From contig CAZXGI010000008.1 in NCBI GenBank assembly GCA_964639965.1, forward strand, positions 22,742 to 64,437: a stretch of DNA of 41,696 bases, written 5' to 3'. Numbering within the stretch: the first letter of the stretch is position 1; each line of letters begins with the position of its first letter. Under the pieces are notes generated by a model that saw nothing but the letters and a program-made list of their open reading frames with translations, was not told the DNA's origin and searched no databases. Below are positions 28,557 through 38,302 of the stretch, piece by piece. The DNA is from an uncultured Rhodospirillaceae bacterium (GTDB lineage: Bacteria > Pseudomonadota > Alphaproteobacteria > Rhodospirillales > UBA2165). The translations under genes were made by a program, and so were the position numbers.

Positions 28557-28687
28557 CGTTCCCTCCCTAAGTTTACCAACGTTATTGATTCTAATGTAGA
28601 TATACAGCGCACAATAGCAAGAGATTATTATTATTTTCCACAAGTCAACTCAGCATCTCCACTAAGGTTAATACAACTTCTATTTCA

Positions 28688-29020
28688 TCATGCAATGACA
28701 TTGATTTTAGCAGCAAGAATAAAGTCATTTTCATGAAGACCATTTATTTTGTGAGTAAAGACTAATATATTGATATAACCCCACCCAAATTTAATGTCGG
28801 GATGATGTCCCTCTTCTTCGGCAATAACTCCGACTTTATTGACAAAATCAAGAGCGGTTTGAAAGTCATTAACTGTAAATGATCGATAAAGCCGTGTAGC
28901 CTCTTCCTGCAATTCCCATCCCGGCGTCTTCTGCAATAATGACTTCGCCTCTTCAATCGTGAGTGGCGGTATACCCCCTTGGCATGGAACACATATCTTA
29001 TCTTTTAAATCATCTGACAT
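28688..29020 (-). CDS. phhB: Pterin-4-alpha-carbinolamine dehydratase
   Basis: CVPCQGG, AEEEGHHPDI, THKINGLHENDFILAAKI; GGAG upstream of ATG 29020. Confidence 0.93.
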   Translation of the reverse strand: MSDDLKDKICVPCQGGIPPLTIEEAKSLLQKTPGWELQEEATRLYRSFTVNDFQTALDFVNKVGVIAEEEGHHPDIKFGWGYINILVFTHKINGLHENDFILAAKINVIA

Positions 29021-29264
29021 TAGCAAATCTCCACATATGCACTTCTAAATTTCTTCCTTATCAGCATGGTTCATTATTATTGACAAGTTTTTGCCACGTT
29101 GAAAACCTCAAAAAGGCCCGTCACAAAACGAAGTAACTGAAAAATCACATCCGATCATAATTTACTGAATGCACTGAAATTTAAAATGTTCTATTATACC
29201 AATCTGAACCACCTAGTTTTAATTTATTAATTAAGGACTGGTCCAAAAGACCCGAGAAAAAATT

Positions 29265-30470
29265 ATGACTGAAGCTTTTATATGCGATGCAATTCGCACC
29301 CCTATTGGCCGCTATGGCGGTTCACTTTCTTCAATGAGGACAGATGATCTTGCGGCCTTGCCAATTTCAACTTTAATGAAACGAAATTCTGATGTTGATT
29401 GGGATAAAGTAGACGATGTTATTTATGGTTGCGTAAATCAATCAGGTGAGGATAACCGAAATATTGCTAGAATGGCATTACTTTTAGCTGGACTGCCCGA
29501 GACTGTTCCTGGTGTTTCCGTAAATCGTCTATGTGCTTCTGGTATGCATGCTGTTGGCAGCGCAGCGCAGGGAATTCGATCTGGAGATGCTGATTTATTT
29601 ATCGCAGGTGGCGTTGAAGGAATGTCAAGATCACCTTTTGTTATGGCAAAAGCCACCGCAGCTTTCTCTCGAAATGCAGAAATCTATGACACCACTATGG
29701 GCTGGAGGTTCGTTAACCCAAAAATGCAACAGCTCTACGGTATTGATGAGATGGGAGCGACAGCGGAGAATGTTGCAGCAGATTTTAAAATTTCCCGCGA
29801 AGATCAAGATCAGATGGCACTTAGAAGCCAGAACAATGCCGAGAAAGCACAATCCAACGGCCATTTAGCAGAAGAAATTCTTTCCGTCATAATCCCACAA
29901 CGCAAAGGAGATGATATTATCTTTGACAAAGATGAACACATGCGGCCAGGGTCAACGATCGAAGCTCTAGAAAAACTTCGCCCCGCTTTCCAGGAAGACG
30001 GCTCAGTAACAGCGGGTAATTCATCTGGTATTAACGATGGTTCTTGCGCCCTAATAGTTGCTTCAGAAGAAGCAGCTAAAGAACATGGACTTACGCCAAA
30101 AGCTCGCATTTTGGGACTTGCGGCTGGCGGGGTGCCGCCCCGGATTATGGGAATTGGACCAGTGCCCTCAACAAAAAAATTAATGAGTAGACTTGGACTG
30201 AAAATGGATGACTTGGATATAATAGAATTAAACGAGGCATTCGCAGCTCAAGGTCTTGCCGTTCTTCGTGAACTTGGGGTTGCCGACGATGATCCACGTG
30301 TAAACCCACAAGGTGGTGCAATTGCACTTGGTCACCCCTTAGGTGCAAGCGGAGCACGGCTGGTTACAACAGCAATGTATCAACTTCAGCGCAGTAATAA
30401 AAAAAGAGCGCTGTGCACAATGTGTGTTGGTGTCGGACAAGGATCATCCATAATTATTGAGAACGTTTGA
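29265..30470 (+). CDS. pcaF: 3-oxoadipyl-CoA thiolase, PcaF/PaaJ family
   Basis: RTPIGRYGG, NQSGEDNRN, NRLCASG, IYDTTMGWRFVN, NEAFA, GHPLGASG, TMCVGVGQG. Confidence 0.9.
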   Translation: MTEAFICDAIRTPIGRYGGSLSSMRTDDLAALPISTLMKRNSDVDWDKVDDVIYGCVNQSGEDNRNIARMALLLAGLPETVPGVSVNRLCASGMHAVGSAAQGIRSGDADLFIAGGVEGMSRSPFVMAKATAAFSRNAEIYDTTMGWRFVNPKMQQLYGIDEMGATAENVAADFKISREDQDQMALRSQNNAEKAQSNGHLAEEILSVIIPQRKGDDIIFDKDEHMRPGSTIEALEKLRPAFQEDGSVTAGNSSGINDGSCALIVASEEAAKEHGLTPKARILGLAAGGVPPRIMGIGPVPSTKKLMSRLGLKMDDLDIIELNEAFAAQGLAVLRELGVADDDPRVNPQGGAIALGHPLGASGARLVTTAMYQLQRSNKKRALCTMCVGVGQGSSIIIENV

Positions 30471-31417
30471 ACGTGCCAAATAAGCTAGGTATTTTGGTTA
30501 ACTGTCCAATTAACAAAGAAAACCAGAAAAAACTCCCAAAATATTTTGATTTATATTTTGCAGAGGAGGTCCCAGATCGAAATACCCTGCTTGCCAATAT
30601 TGGTGACAAAATTCAAATCATCATTTCTGATGGACCACGTGAGATCGATAAAAAACTAATGGATCAAATGCCTAATCTTGAACTGATTTGTCTACAATCT
30701 GTTGGCATTGATCACCTTGATATTGATACAGCTAAGAAACGAGATATTAAAGTTACAAATGCAGCGGGAACAAATGCTAACAGTTGCGCGGATCACGCCT
30801 TTGCGCTGATGCTCTCCCTATATCGTAATATAGTGTCGAATAATAAATCAATGCACTCAAATGGTGCAAGTGAGGAAACCCCCTTTATCCGCAGCAATAC
30901 GATTCATGGGAAAAAGATTGGTATCCTTGGCCTAGGCGAGATTGGTTATGAAATAGCAAAACGGGCGACAGCATTCGAAATGGACGTTTTCTACCACAAC
31001 AGAAAAAAAAGAGAAGACGTTCCCTACACCTATTGTTTTACACCCCAGGATTTAGCTATAAAAAGTCAGATATTAGTTGTTGCTTGTCCCGGAGGCAAAG
31101 AAACAAAAAACATTGTTGACTCATTAATACTAGAATCACTAGGGTCAGAAGGAACCTTAATTAATATTGCTAGAGGTACCGTAGTAGACACCAACGCTTT
31201 GGTACACGCTCTTCAGAAAGGTGTTATAAAAAACGCCGGTTTGGATGTAGTCAGCGGATCGGCGTCTGAGCGCAGTCCTCTTTGTAATATGAATAACGTA
31301 ATACTTTCGCCACACATTGCAGGAAATACTGAGGAAAGTTGGCTCAATCGTAGCAATCTGATTCGCGATATTTTAACTGAATTTAGGACGGGAAAAACCC
31401 TCACAAATCAGCTTTAA
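30467..31417 (+). CDS. D-isomer-specific 2-hydroxyacid dehydrogenase, glyoxylate/hydroxypyruvate reductase-like
   Basis: VGIDHLD, GILGLGEIG, NIARG, SPHIAG; TTGA overlap with the thiolase stop. Confidence 0.9.
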   Translation: MNVPNKLGILVNCPINKENQKKLPKYFDLYFAEEVPDRNTLLANIGDKIQIIISDGPREIDKKLMDQMPNLELICLQSVGIDHLDIDTAKKRDIKVTNAAGTNANSCADHAFALMLSLYRNIVSNNKSMHSNGASEETPFIRSNTIHGKKIGILGLGEIGYEIAKRATAFEMDVFYHNRKKREDVPYTYCFTPQDLAIKSQILVVACPGGKETKNIVDSLILESLGSEGTLINIARGTVVDTNALVHALQKGVIKNAGLDVVSGSASERSPLCNMNNVILSPHIAGNTEESWLNRSNLIRDILTEFRTGKTLTNQL

Positions 31418-31572
31418 TAAGTTGAACCAGCGGAAATTAAACCGCTCTTGACCTTCTACAATTTTTGTCACAATGTTCAATTTCTGAAATTCACTAAAAT
31501 CACTCTTACACCAATCTGATGGGGACAGAATAGGGTGCATGGGTTGAGTTCTTGACAGGGATTAATTAAAAA

Positions 31573-32880
31573 ATGAGCGTGACTTTTGGTATCGTCGGTT
31601 CAGGACCATCTGGAATGTATGCAGCCGACGCTTTATTGAAAAACTTTTCTAATTGCAAGATAGATGTATTTGATAAGATACCCATGCCTTTTGGTCTAAT
31701 TCGATATGGTGTCGCGCCGGACCATTTTAAAACTAAAAATACCGCCCGCCAATTTCTTAGAACTTTAGAACTCGATCAAGTCAGATATCTGGGTAATGTT
31801 GAAATCGGAAGAGACATTTCGGTCAGCGAACTTGAAGAAAACTACGATGCCGTAATTTTTGCTATTGGAGCATATAATGATCGAAAATTGGGAATTCCCG
31901 GAGAAGAACTACCGGGGGTTTATGGTGCCTGTGCATTTGTTGGGTGGTATAATGCACATCCGGATTTCCGTGACATTAATCCAATGTTAGATGGCAGAAA
32001 TGCCGCAGTCATTGGAATAGGGAATGTAGCCTTAGATGTCTGTCGCGTATTAACTAAAACACGTTCAGAAATGAAGGGGTCAGATATCTCGACACCTGCA
32101 CTGGATATTATCCAAGAAATGCCAATCAAAGCGGTCCATATGTTCGGCCGCCGCGGCCCTATTGAAGCCGGCTTTACTCCAAAAGAATTAGGTGAAGTTC
32201 GTAATTTGGAGCAGTGCTCTGCTGTCGTCTCCGCTGATCAATTGCCGGAAAAAATAGAAGGAAAATTTGAAGGGCGAGAAAAAGGTGTCAAAGAAAAGAA
32301 CCTTGCAATTCTCCGAGAATTATCAAAGCAGCATAAAACTGAAAAACCAGTTACAATGCATTTTCAGTTTTATGCATCACCAGTTGAAATTTTAGGTACA
32401 AAACGGGTCGAAGGAATAAGGTTAGAACGGACAGAAGTCAATAATGGTAAAGCCATTTCAACGGGCGAAACATTTGATGTTCCCTGTTGTTCTATAATCA
32501 CAGCTATTGGTTACCAAACCAGTCCACCCGAGGGGTTACCCCTAAACGGAGTAACCATTGCCAATACCGACGGGTGGATACGCGACAATTTATACGTTGT
32601 TGGATGGGCAAAACGCGGTTCCAGTGGCACAATTCCTACGAATAGTCCCGATTCGCGAAATGTCGTAAATGTGATTACCGATAACCTAAATAAAAACAAA
32701 TCCACGACACCTAAAACAGGAGGCGAAGCGATCGATAAGTTGCTTTCGACACGCAGGGTTCGCGTCGTATCTATTAACGATGTACAAAGAATTAAAGATG
32801 CCGAAACAGCAAATGCAACCACTGGTCACCCTTGGGAAAAGTTCACTAGTATTAAAGAGATGCTGGCCGTTCTTGATTAA
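31573..32880 (+). CDS. Ferredoxin--NADP+ reductase, adrenodoxin-reductase/FprA type
   Basis: GSGPSG, GLIRYGVAPDH, FVGWYN, GIGNVALD, GRRGP, GWAKRG. Confidence 0.9.
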   Translation: MSVTFGIVGSGPSGMYAADALLKNFSNCKIDVFDKIPMPFGLIRYGVAPDHFKTKNTARQFLRTLELDQVRYLGNVEIGRDISVSELEENYDAVIFAIGAYNDRKLGIPGEELPGVYGACAFVGWYNAHPDFRDINPMLDGRNAAVIGIGNVALDVCRVLTKTRSEMKGSDISTPALDIIQEMPIKAVHMFGRRGPIEAGFTPKELGEVRNLEQCSAVVSADQLPEKIEGKFEGREKGVKEKNLAILRELSKQHKTEKPVTMHFQFYASPVEILGTKRVEGIRLERTEVNNGKAISTGETFDVPCCSIITAIGYQTSPPEGLPLNGVTIANTDGWIRDNLYVVGWAKRGSSGTIPTNSPDSRNVVNVITDNLNKNKSTTPKTGGEAIDKLLSTRRVRVVSINDVQRIKDAETANATTGHPWEKFTSIKEMLAVLD

Positions 32881-33192
32881 TGCAATGCCAAGATTGAATG
32901 GTAAATTTTTGTGGGTTATCGGCTTTGCCCTAGAATTTGATCAACATAGATTCCTCCTTATTTCTGGGGCTTCTTCATTTTCTTTTATGGTTTCACCCCT
33001 GTTGTATTTGATGTACCTGACTGGTTTCGGGGTATAGCTCGACTCATTATGCTTATTGGTGGTTTTTGTCACCTGATGATGAGCATTTCTAGCAATGAAA
33101 ATCAGAACAATAATAAACTTCACTGGGCGACCATTAGTGCCCATTCAACATTTTTATGAACGCGATTTTTGGAGCAATTATTGGTCCTTGAT

Positions 33193-34095
33193 CTACAATA
33201 ATCTTTTTCGATTAAATTTTCTAAATATAAGTGTCTGCCAACCTTCAATATTGATGCGATCAACAAGTCGCAGACCTTGCCAAGCGTGCGCAGAAATTAT
33301 CCAATTTGCATCGCCCACTAATAAACCCGATAAAATAGCCCATCCACCCAGGTTAAGTTGATTTCCTAGATCCTTGGCCAACCGCGTTAACGGTCGTGCC
33401 AAAATATTACTCACAATTAAATCAAATCTGGATTTGATAATTTCTCGGTGGTTATATCCCGATCCACAAATTGACGAAACGCAACCTGCTACACCATTGT
33501 TATTGGCATTTAATTCACAAACCCTTATCGCTATCGGATCAATATCTGTTGCTATAACGGGTATGCGCCAGCGTCTAGCGATCGCAATAGAAAGAATTCC
33601 CGAACCACAACCCATATCCAGTGCCAACTTAATAGGTTGAAACCTGAAAACATGGCTCAAACTATCGAGAGCGACCAAACATCCTTTGGTTGAACCATGA
33701 TTACCACTCCCAAAAGCTGTGGCCGCAGGAATACATAGACCAATTAATGCGCTCGGCGGGGGTTTATCATATTCGGGACCATGTATAAAAAAGCGTCCTA
33801 ACTTTATTGGGGGAAATTTTTTTATATTATCTAAAACCCAATTACGCACCGGTATCTGAGATAAATTAACTTTCGGTATGCGTACTCCAATAGCTTCAGC
33901 TGTGTATTTCACCGCTAAGTTGATCACCTTTTCATCTGGTTTGTCATTAGAAAATCCAGATATCTGAGCTATTGAAGTTTTTGCCTCCGCAGTCCATAAA
34001 ACTGAATCTAAATGGGCCTCCAGACTCTCAGCAAAAACAGGTGCATGTTCTGGTAAAATTTGAAACGATATTTGATATAAAAAGTGATCCGTCAT
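33193..34095 (-). CDS. prmA: Ribosomal protein L11 methyltransferase
   Basis: AFGSGNHGST, LDMGCGSGIL, DIDP, NILARPL, ILSGLL. Confidence 0.92.
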   Translation of the reverse strand: MTDHFLYQISFQILPEHAPVFAESLEAHLDSVLWTAEAKTSIAQISGFSNDKPDEKVINLAVKYTAEAIGVRIPKVNLSQIPVRNWVLDNIKKFPPIKLGRFFIHGPEYDKPPPSALIGLCIPAATAFGSGNHGSTKGCLVALDSLSHVFRFQPIKLALDMGCGSGILSIAIARRWRIPVIATDIDPIAIRVCELNANNNGVAGCVSSICGSGYNHREIIKSRFDLIVSNILARPLTRLAKDLGNQLNLGGWAILSGLLVGDANWIISAHAWQGLRLVDRINIEGWQTLIFRKFNRKRLL

Positions 34096-36404
34096 TAGGC
34101 TGGATCAACAAAACTATCAATAACCTTTTTAGTTCCCGCTTTTTCAAATTCGACTTCGAGCTTATTACCATCTAAAGACAAAATCATGCCGTAGCCAAAT
34201 TTTTGATGGAATACTCGTATTCCCGTACAAAACTGAGTTTTATTTGTTGGCGGCGCAACGGTCCATTCTTCTGCTTCAATAATAGTACCGTCACTTGCGT
34301 GTCCGCGTTTTTTAAGTGATTCATATGTTAGGCTCTTCTTCGGGTGATTACTGAAATCAGTTTTCAGCTGTCCAAATCCACCATCAGAATCAATACCTGA
34401 ACTTAATCCTTGTTCAGCAATACTCTCAGTATTTTCAGCTGGAAGTTCACTAATAAAACGCGACGGAAGGGAATTCTGCCATTGATTATAAATACGACGA
34501 TTAGCGGCATAAGAAATCATCGCTTCTTTCTTTGATCGGGTAATACCAACATAGGCGAGCCTCCGCTCCTCCTCTAGACCATTCAAACCCTCTTCATCCA
34601 AACTACGTTGGTGTGGGAACAAACCTTCCTCCCAACCTGGCAGAAAAACAGTTTCAAACTCTAATCCTTTTGCTGCATGCAATGTCATTAAGCTAACTTT
34701 GTCCTCGAATTTGTTCTCTTGATTTTCCATTACCAAACTAACGTGCTCCAAGAACCCTTGGAGATTATCAAAATCTTCTAGACCTGAAACAAGCTCTTTC
34801 AGGTTCTCTAGCCTCCCAGGTGCCTCTGGAGACTTATCTTGCATCCACATTTCGGTGTAACCAGATTCGTCGAGTACGAGTTCTGCAAGTTCAAAGTGCG
34901 GCAAAACATCAACATTAGAACGCCAGCGCTCAAAATCTTGCAGCAATCCGCTGAGAGACGAGCGTGCCCTAGGCTTAATCTCGTCAGTCTCGATAATTAA
35001 TTGCGATGCATCATACATGGATATGTTTTGTGCTCGAGCCAATTGATGAATCGCCCGAACGGTTGCCTGTCCGATACCTCGTTTTGGCACATTAATAATA
35101 CGTTCAAAAGCTAAATCGTCATCGGGACTATTTATAACTCTGAGGTAAGCGATCGCATCTCTTGTTTCTTGGCGCTCATAAAAGCGTGGTCCCCCAATCA
35201 CCCGGTACGGTACACCCAAATTAATCATACGTTCTTCAAACTCGCGCATTTGGAAACCAGCTCTAACAAGTATTGCCATTTCCTCCAGACTTTGCCCTCT
35301 AGATTGGCGAACCTCAATTTCATCACCGACCGAACGAGCTTCCTCTTCCCCATCCCAAACAGCACGCACTTTTACAAGATCCCCTTCATCCATGCCAGTC
35401 CATAGTGTTTTGCCCAAACGACCTTCATTATGAGAAATCAGTCCCGATGCTGCCGCGAGAATATGTGGTGTTGATCGGTAATTTTGCTCTAAACGAATAA
35501 CTGTGGCATCGGAAAAATCTTTTTCAAATTTTAATATGTTACCCACTTCAGCACCGCGCCAGGAATAAATTGACTGATCATCATCGCCAACACAGCATAT
35601 ATTTTTATGGTCCTGTGCAAGCAACCGCAACCATAGATATTGGGCAACATTAGTATCTTGGTACTCATCGACTAATAGATAACGGAATTTTACCTGATAT
35701 TCATGTAGGACATCAGCATTCTCTGCAAACAACGTCAAACAATGTAGAAGTAGATCACCAAAATCCACTGCATTAAGTGATTTTAGACGGATTTGATAAT
35801 CCTGATAGAGTTCAGTCAGAATACCCTCAGCAATATCGAAACTATCTTCACTTGAAACTTTTTCCGGTGTTAAACCTCGATCCTTCCAACGCTGTATAAT
35901 GCCCATCAAAACCCGGGCAGGCCATTTTTTTTCATCTACTTCGAATGGCTCCATCAGCTGCTTTAAAAGACGAATTTGATCGTCCGTATCAAGAATGGTG
36001 AAATTAGGCTTAAGCCCTACCAGTTCGGCGTGACGTCGCAATATGCGAGCACATAATGCATGGAAGGTACCCAACCACCAACCTTCTACAGGCCGTCCGG
36101 TCATAACTGCAACTCGATCTTTCATTTCACGAGCGGCCTTATTCGTAAAGGTAACCGCTAAAATTTCCCACGGGCGGGCTTTACCTTCAACGAGAATATG
36201 CGCAAGGCGCGTTGTTAAAACCCGGGTCTTTCCTGTTCCCGCTCCTGCCAAAACAAGTATTGGTCCATCTATAGCCTTAACAGCCCGCTTCTGCTCATCA
36301 TTCAGGCCGTCTAGGTAAGAGCGTGATTCGGCAGATAAAGCTTTCAAATTAGGCTTATTAGATAAATTTTTTACTTCTTCAGATGATTCAAAAGGATCAG
36401 ACAT
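34095..36404 (-). CDS. uvrD: ATP-dependent DNA helicase UvrD/PcrA
   Basis: AGAGTGKT, TFTNKAA, VDEYQD, GDDDQSIY, LEQNYRS, TLHAAKGLEF, EERRLAYVGITR; C-terminal VFHQKFGYG domain. Confidence 0.96.
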   Translation of the reverse strand: MSDPFESSEEVKNLSNKPNLKALSAESRSYLDGLNDEQKRAVKAIDGPILVLAGAGTGKTRVLTTRLAHILVEGKARPWEILAVTFTNKAAREMKDRVAVMTGRPVEGWWLGTFHALCARILRRHAELVGLKPNFTILDTDDQIRLLKQLMEPFEVDEKKWPARVLMGIIQRWKDRGLTPEKVSSEDSFDIAEGILTELYQDYQIRLKSLNAVDFGDLLLHCLTLFAENADVLHEYQVKFRYLLVDEYQDTNVAQYLWLRLLAQDHKNICCVGDDDQSIYSWRGAEVGNILKFEKDFSDATVIRLEQNYRSTPHILAAASGLISHNEGRLGKTLWTGMDEGDLVKVRAVWDGEEEARSVGDEIEVRQSRGQSLEEMAILVRAGFQMREFEERMINLGVPYRVIGGPRFYERQETRDAIAYLRVINSPDDDLAFERIINVPKRGIGQATVRAIHQLARAQNISMYDASQLIIETDEIKPRARSSLSGLLQDFERWRSNVDVLPHFELAELVLDESGYTEMWMQDKSPEAPGRLENLKELVSGLEDFDNLQGFLEHVSLVMENQENKFEDKVSLMTLHAAKGLEFETVFLPGWEEGLFPHQRSLDEEGLNGLEEERRLAYVGITRSKKEAMISYAANRRIYNQWQNSLPSRFISELPAENTESIAEQGLSSGIDSDGGFGQLKTDFSNHPKKSLTYESLKKRGHASDGTIIEAEEWTVAPPTNKTQFCTGIRVFHQKFGYGMILSLDGNKLEVEFEKAGTKKVIDSFVDPA

Positions 36405-36410
36405 GTAATT

Positions 36411-36419
36411 AGTATAACA
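36411..36419 (-). promoter_or_regulatory. Extended -10 element in front of uvrD (leaderless geometry)
   Basis: Minus strand TG-T-TATACT-AATTAC-ATG. Confidence 0.55.
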
Positions 36420-36520
36420 TTAATAAGGAGATGAACCAGCTAATCGGCAAGATATGAACGTATATTTAACAATCCTAATACAGACCTATTTTTTCATAGA
36501 ACCAAATCTTAAATGCGGAT

Positions 36521-38302
36521 TCAAGGGGCCCCTTCATGTTCTTCATGGCGTATCTTAACCAAAGCTTTGTTATAAGCTAGCATGACTTCGGTCTCATATA
36601 ATGCTCCAAGAAATTTCATTGTTTCATGATTTTCAACTACAGCAATAAAATGTTCCCCGCTATCACGTATGACCTTGTTTGCTATTTCCAGATCATCACC
36701 TTGGGTAAGAACTGGGGGATGCAAACGAGCCACATCGCCCGCATTAATAAGATTATCAACATCGTGGTCGAAAGCTACATCACTGAGGTCAGCGATTGTA
36801 ATTGTTCCAAACAGTTCACCTTTCTTGCCAATTACGAAAAGCTCGCCTATTTCTGAGAATTGTAATTTATTTCGTAGATCCTGAAGACTGGCACCAACGT
36901 CAACAGTTTGAACTTTCGAATCTATTAGTTGGTGCAGCTTAAGACTTCGAAGGAGTGTGGTTTCAAAACCTCCTTTAAGGTCTAAACCTGCTCTCTCCAA
37001 CTGCCAACTAAAAAAAGATTTCCCGAGAAACTGTTGAGCAACAACATTCGAAATTACAACACCAATCATTACAGCAATTGTTAAAGGATAATCATCCGTT
37101 AACTCAAAAACTATCAATGTTGTTGAAATTGGTGCCCCCAAAACAGCAGCAGAAACAGCACCCATACCTATTATGGTATAAGCTCCGGGACCAGAGGATA
37201 ATTCCGGGAATATACCTGTAACAATCATTCCGAACGACCCCCCAAGCATCGCTCCAATCATTAGGGATGGTGTAAACACTCCCCCTCCAAATCCACTACC
37301 AATACAAATTGATGTTGCAAGGATTTTCATGAATATCAACGAAACCATTAAATAAAGCGGCAACTGCACTTTAAGTGCTAAATCAGTTGCGTCATAGCCA
37401 ACACCAAGTACTTGTGGAAAGATAAGTGCAATCAGACCAATTAGAAATCCCCCAATTGCGGGGTTTTTCCACTGAGGACCTGGTATATTATTTATCAGAT
37501 CTTCTGTTTTCATTGCAGTACGCATAAAAATAATAGCAATAATCCCCCCAACAATACCTAAACCTACAACGGCCGGAAATTCCCAGAATGAGGCCAAGGA
37601 TTGTTCAGCTATTCCGAAAGCGGGAACATCTCCAAAATACACTCTCGATACGATTGTGCCTACAACGCTGGAAATAACAATTGGTGTGAAAGCACTCATG
37701 GCAAAATGCCCAACGATAACTTCATGAGCAAATAATGCGCCGGCGATTGGCGCATTAAAAGAGGCAGCGACGGCTGCGGCGGCTCCACAACCTAACAAAG
37801 CTCTAGAGGTAGAACGTGTTAGATGAAGCGTTTTGGAAAACCAAGCGCCTAAAGTTGCTCCTAAATGGATAGCGGGTCCTTCACGACCAACCGAGCCTCC
37901 AACACCAATTGAAATTGAACTAGCAATTGCGGCACCTATTCCTGTTCTGAAGTTCATACGACCACCTTGCAATGCACTGGCTTCAATTACCGACGCAACG
38001 CCTTGTGGTTTCCTTCCTGGAATACAATAGTGTATAAAAAGCCCCACAATTAAACCACCAACTGCGGGCACGAAGAGGATTTGCCACCAAGGAAGAGCAT
38101 AAACCGTTGAAACAAGGTTTTCTGATGTCCCCCCAAGCGCTAGACCCTGAACAAAATCAATCAGTTCCCGAATGGCAATGACGCCACAACCTGCTGTAGC
38201 TCCAACAAACACCGCCGAAATGGATAATATTAGTTGATCGTTCCTAATAAAGCGCCGCAGCCAAATTAAAATGCGACCCAGCCTTAAACGTGACTTAGCC
38301 AT
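36521..38302 (-). CDS. ClC-family chloride channel/transporter with C-terminal CBS pair
   Basis: GREGP, FNAPIAG, GGVFTPSL, FELT; soluble CBS-like C-terminus. Start at ATG 38302 or GTG 38311. Confidence 0.93.
   Translation of the reverse strand: MAKSRLRLGRILIWLRRFIRNDQLILSISAVFVGATAGCGVIAIRELIDFVQGLALGGTSENLVSTVYALPWWQILFVPAVGGLIVGLFIHYCIPGRKPQGVASVIEASALQGGRMNFRTGIGAAIASSISIGVGGSVGREGPAIHLGATLGAWFSKTLHLTRSTSRALLGCGAAAAVAASFNAPIAGALFAHEVIVGHFAMSAFTPIVISSVVGTIVSRVYFGDVPAFGIAEQSLASFWEFPAVVGLGIVGGIIAIIFMRTAMKTEDLINNIPGPQWKNPAIGGFLIGLIALIFPQVLGVGYDATDLALKVQLPLYLMVSLIFMKILATSICIGSGFGGGVFTPSLMIGAMLGGSFGMIVTGIFPELSSGPGAYTIIGMGAVSAAVLGAPISTTLIVFELTDDYPLTIAVMIGVVISNVVAQQFLGKSFFSWQLERAGLDLKGGFETTLLRSLKLHQLIDSKVQTVDVGASLQDLRNKLQFSEIGELFVIGKKGELFGTITIADLSDVAFDHDVDNLINAGDVARLHPPVLTQGDDLEIANKVIRDSGEHFIAVVENHETMKFLGALYETEVMLAYNKALVKIRHEEHEGAP

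Noticed and set aside
31428-31450. AGCGG-N8-CCGCT hairpin as a terminator after the dehydrogenase
   Set aside because: A 5-bp stem with no proper U-tract is too weak to call.
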